Shown here: piece after piece, positions 8,744 through 12,510 of the stretch
Position numbering within the stretch: the first letter of the stretch is position 1
Layout: each line of letters begins with the position of its first letter
Assembly (NCBI GenBank): GCA_043228905.1
Contig: JBHGNT010001056.1
Coordinates: forward strand, 1-12,510
Source of the DNA: Azolla caroliniana
Taxonomy: Eukaryota; Plantae; Polypodiophyta
Direction of reading: 5' to 3'
Length of the DNA: 12,510 nucleotides
Position numbers and translations under genes: made by a program
Notes under the pieces: model-generated
Databases searched by the model: none
Told to the model about the DNA's origin: nothing
The model's input: the letters and a program-made list of their open reading frames with translations, nothing else

Positions 8744-9241
8744 TGGAATCTAAGTGTTACCTCTAACAACAATGGAATTCGATCATATGTAAAAGATGAA
8801 ACGCCAATCTATCTAATACACGAGAGGGTATTTGAAATGTAACGTAATACATAAAAGAACCAAAATAATCAATTGTTAAGCCCTAGCAAGTCTTTAAACT
8901 TGGCAGAATTATGGAGACAATCCTGTATCACATTTTTTGGAGTAATGGGATAGTTTTACAAAATATTTGGTTGCTCCGTTTTTTTAAATCCCAATAGTAC
9001 TCTTTTGGACGGATGGTAAATCCGGTCGAAAATTTAGACGGCCATGATTGAATGAAATCATTCTTTTCAAATCCCCATCATTGATCCCATCTCTTAAATG
9101 CCGTAGGAAATAGTCACAACTCACGAGTGCATCAAAGTAACAAAGGGTATAATCGTGTTGCTATCCTAGCTTTTTATGCTTTATTACATGGTGCACCAGT
9201 GTGAGATGGTTTCTCTTTTATCTTGGTTGGATATCCATAGA

Positions 9242-9375
9242 ATGATCTCAAACATTAAATGATTTGTACCATTCTCTCACTTTCTCTAGAGTCTCATGAT
9301 TTCAACCATTTAATAATTTGTACCTTTCTCTTTGCTTCTCTAGCTTGTGATGATTTCTATCATTTATTGATTTGT
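9242..9375. repeat. Degenerate tandem repeat, 54-bp period, ~2.5 copies
   Basis: Units begin at 9242, 9296 and 9350 (ATGATYTC...CATT.A...ATTTGT...TTCTCTAG). Units 1 and 2 are 41/54 identical with no indels. Confidence 0.85.
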
Positions 9376-10000
9376 TTGTTTTCAACTTCAATCAAATTCT
9401 CTTCCGAACTGACTTGCCCCTTTGATGTTGTATTATGTGTGACTCTCCTCTACAAACAATTGATTGAGGATTTCAAGATAATCTACGTTTGGAGTAACTT
9501 TCTTTCATTTCTTATGATCATATCGTAACTTTCTACTTTCTTGGAATGTTTTTAAGTAACTAGACTTTACTACGCAATAACACATACGGCATCACAAACC
9601 TAGGAGTTTGGGAGCTTTCTTAAGGAAGTGTGTGTCAGTGATGTCTTCTAAGCATCCCTCACGATCTCAATTGCCACTTATTTGTTTTAGTGATCATGTT
9701 TCCAAATGTTTGGATTAATTCCTAACCTCACAAACATAGGTTCATGACACTAAATAACATCCACCCCACCCCCTCTCAAGCAGCAAGCATTCGCTGGTGA
9801 ATTATACTCTATCAACAACCACACCTCACAAGAACACATGCACATATGAGCAAATGCTCAATTGCATGCACAAATTGCTCGTCCTCTCACACCTTCCAAT
9901 TTAGAGCAAAAGAAGTAGCATCATCATTGCATATCTAAGAGATATATGGTATTTCATGTAAGTAAACTCAAGAAATGTCTCCATTCCAAAGATGTTCAAA

Positions 10001-10013
10001 GGGGGGGGGGGGG
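10001..10013. repeat. Poly-G run (G13)
   Basis: 13 consecutive G. Confidence 0.95.
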
Positions 10014-12510
10014 CAGTCCACAAATCTAAATATAATACATTCATCTTGATAAATGAAAATTGAAAGAAGGTCAAAGTTTTACTTTAATGTTTCATTTGAT
10101 ATTTCTTGGAAATGTTTGCCATTGTATGATGTATAGATGCCATGGAAAATATAGACAAATTTTAGTTATTAGAGGCAAGAAGAACCCATTCATTGTCCCT
10201 GCCAAAGTTGTTCTCTCCATGCCAATTTTGGGCATTTCAAGTTGTGATCCGTCAAAAACTCCCTAGATTTCGATTGATGTGTAGATTACCAGAAATGGTG
10301 CATGGATGCTCGGCTCAGTGAGCTTTTATGGTCAAAAGGTACTACAAATTTTTATTAAGACGTATTTTCTAAAGTTATCCAACCAAAGGATATAAAGTAA
10401 TACTCAATGTTTTTTGTATGCATGTAAACACTCTCAAATAAAAGATGGATGTACATGGATAAGGCAACATATTATATTTTAAGCTCAACTTTATTGTGTT
10501 TAGCATCTTTCATAATAAATCTAAAATGCATACTAGTGACGAGCTTATCGAAAAGAGGTTTGATTTTGATCCTTGTATACAAGGGTTAGACGAGAGAAGA
10601 TTATCCCTGTATTTTATTATTTTATTATCTGATTTGTGAGCCGACAGAGGTGTGCATGTGTTGGATAGTGTGATGATTCTCCCAAATTGCATGTGTAAAT
10701 TATTCTAATAAAACATTGGTCGTAGCAAGTGGTAAAAACTCCAAACGTTATTTAATCTTAAAAATATGATAGGGGCACATACATAACAATTGTCAAACAT
10801 AGAATGTTAGGACATCTCCAAGCAATCATATGAATTTGGGTATCAACTTTATGCACACCTTTCTTGTTGTCAATATGGACACACTTACAAGGAGGAGCTC
10901 ATCGAAGTGGGGCTTATTAGTCCCGGTAGATATTATTGTGCTAGACATAAAGCTATTTTTATTGTTTTGTAAGCTTCCACGCGAGAATGGTCTAGTAGTA
11001 GTCTCTAATGACTCTTTCAAGAGTAGATATATTATTGCAGAGATGGTAGAACATTTGACCCCCCTATTAGCTTCCCCTTGGGGTTCTTTTAGATGGCATT
11101 GGGAAAAATTACATTTCTCAAGGCTCGATTTTGGTCACACTCTCTTCTCTCATATACATGGCACAAGAATAATTGTTGGGCAAATAAGCAAGATAAATTT
11201 ATCATACAACATATAAATACCTAAACTCCATTTATCAAGGATATCCATCGATGGATAAAAGATAGGGTGTTTCCAAAACATGAGGGATCTTTTCTATTTC
11301 CTCATTGTTTATGAGGTAAGATACCCTTAACCTTTAAATGCTATAGATATTAAGTTTCAAATTTCAATATATTTCCTCCATAGGTGATACATCATTTAAA
11401 CGTCGACATTTTACGATATGTGAAACCTTCAAAATATTTTCTTAAAAAGGATAGTTTTTTCAAAATGCCCTTGAAAAATATGTTATAGACAATGTTTTTT
11501 AAAGCTCAAACATTGCGGACAGCCCACTCTCTTCATCATATTTTCTCTTAGAGGTTGAAATTCACACTCGGTGTTCATGTTTCCTCTTTTCTTTCCAAGC
11601 TTCCACACAAACCACTACAAGGTTAGAGTGGTTCCTGGCTACGCCCTGGAGGAGACTACGCCGTTCTCAATGGTGCCAAGCTTTTGCAGTCTCATAAGTC
11701 AAAGTCCAACATAGAGGAATACGTATCGCCATAATCTCCATGCTACATTTTTAGAGCAAACTGGTAGCTTAAGTTTTCGAGATATTGCCGAGCACAAATT
11801 CAAGGCTTTATCTTGAATGAACAAAACTGCTAAAGTTAGGGTAAATTTGTTGTAATATGTTGGCCTAAAGTGATTTATCAATGTGGAAATATTGTACTTT
11901 ATCGAAACATCATTATATATCCTAGGTTTCACAAATTAGTGTCATTTGCACTCATGCATACGACTAGAGTGATTGAAAAATAGAAAACAACATTGTGCTC
12001 GATTTCAATCTCATTTCATGTCACATATTGAGTTTTCAATATGTTTTGTAGCTAGTAAATTTCAACAATTCACGTGATAGAGAATTTATCAATAATATAA
12101 TGAAAACAAATATTTTGAGGAGAGTATAGAGTTAGTATTGAAACCAAAAAGTCCAAAGCTTTTGTAAATGATTCATGAACAAACTCCCAACTTGTTTATC
12201 GTGCACATCAACTTTTTGGAGCATCTTTTATGTATTCCTTTTGATATTAGGTGCAAGTCCCTTTCCAATTGATAACGGTCATTACACATTGTCACCCCGC
12301 CTTACATTGTTGTAGTCTATGTTGTATCCTTGTGCAAGTGTAAAGAAGGCCACAATTGAACATGCTTCTTATGCTAACAATCACACATGAATAGGTGCCA
12401 CACTCATATTTGTCTTGCAATTTGAAGTATGTTCCAATTTCCTTCAAAATATAAATGTTTCGCCACACAACATTGGTCGCTCCTTGGAAGTTGGCAATTC
12501 CAAGTTTCAT

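Larger units (their letters stand above)
3721..12510. mobile_element. Heavily decayed, probably transposon-derived intergenic block (no intact element)
   Basis: No recognisable intact ORF, strong CAG/CTG depletion (1-2 per 600 bp in sampled blocks vs 16-25 in the gene island), scattered PPT/LTR-end-like motifs and stop-riddled frames. TE origin is inferred, not shown by homology. Confidence 0.5.

Noticed and set aside
9259-9528. 89-aa + strand ORF with 18-aa periodicity
   Set aside because: Better explained as the antisense shadow of the decayed minus-strand repeat.
10229-10376. WAFQVVIRQK...RL/CVDYQK...RLSELL...FSKV, resembling the start of a Ty3/Gypsy reverse transcriptase
   Set aside because: Needs a frameshift and several deletions, and no downstream MPFGL or YxDD motif is visible; too weak to call without a profile search.
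10830-11216. 128-aa + strand ORF, and an antisense PPCKC...WRCPN GRF-finger-like pattern
   Set aside because: No recognisable domain, lies in strongly CAG/CTG-depleted DNA, and the antisense frame is full of stops with wrong motif spacing.

Overview
AT-rich eukaryotic (land-plant type) genomic DNA with two parts. (1) ~1-3720 is a gene island holding one spliced + strand gene: a DHHC protein S-acyltransferase of the plant PAT11 type. Its coding exons are 1658-1919, 2039-2337 and 2538-3038, with GT-AG introns, giving 353 aa if the ATG at 1658 is the start. A candidate AATAAA signal and a near-perfect 77-bp tandem duplication follow the stop. (2) ~3721-12510 has no intact gene and looks like decayed transposon-derived intergenic DNA, with strong CAG/CTG depletion, tentative LTR/PPT/PBS-like junctions, short repeats and stop-riddled coding relics. 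One better-preserved acidic pseudo-ORF island lies at ~5590-6570. I see no rRNA, tRNA, CRISPR array or intact mobile element, and I cannot support a complete new biological system here. The best leads are an LSD1/metacaspase-like zinc finger at the PAT N-terminus, an ambiguous start/splice-acceptor arrangement, and a sharp CAG/CTG boundary at ~3720. All counts were done by hand, and all family comparisons are from memory rather than database searches.
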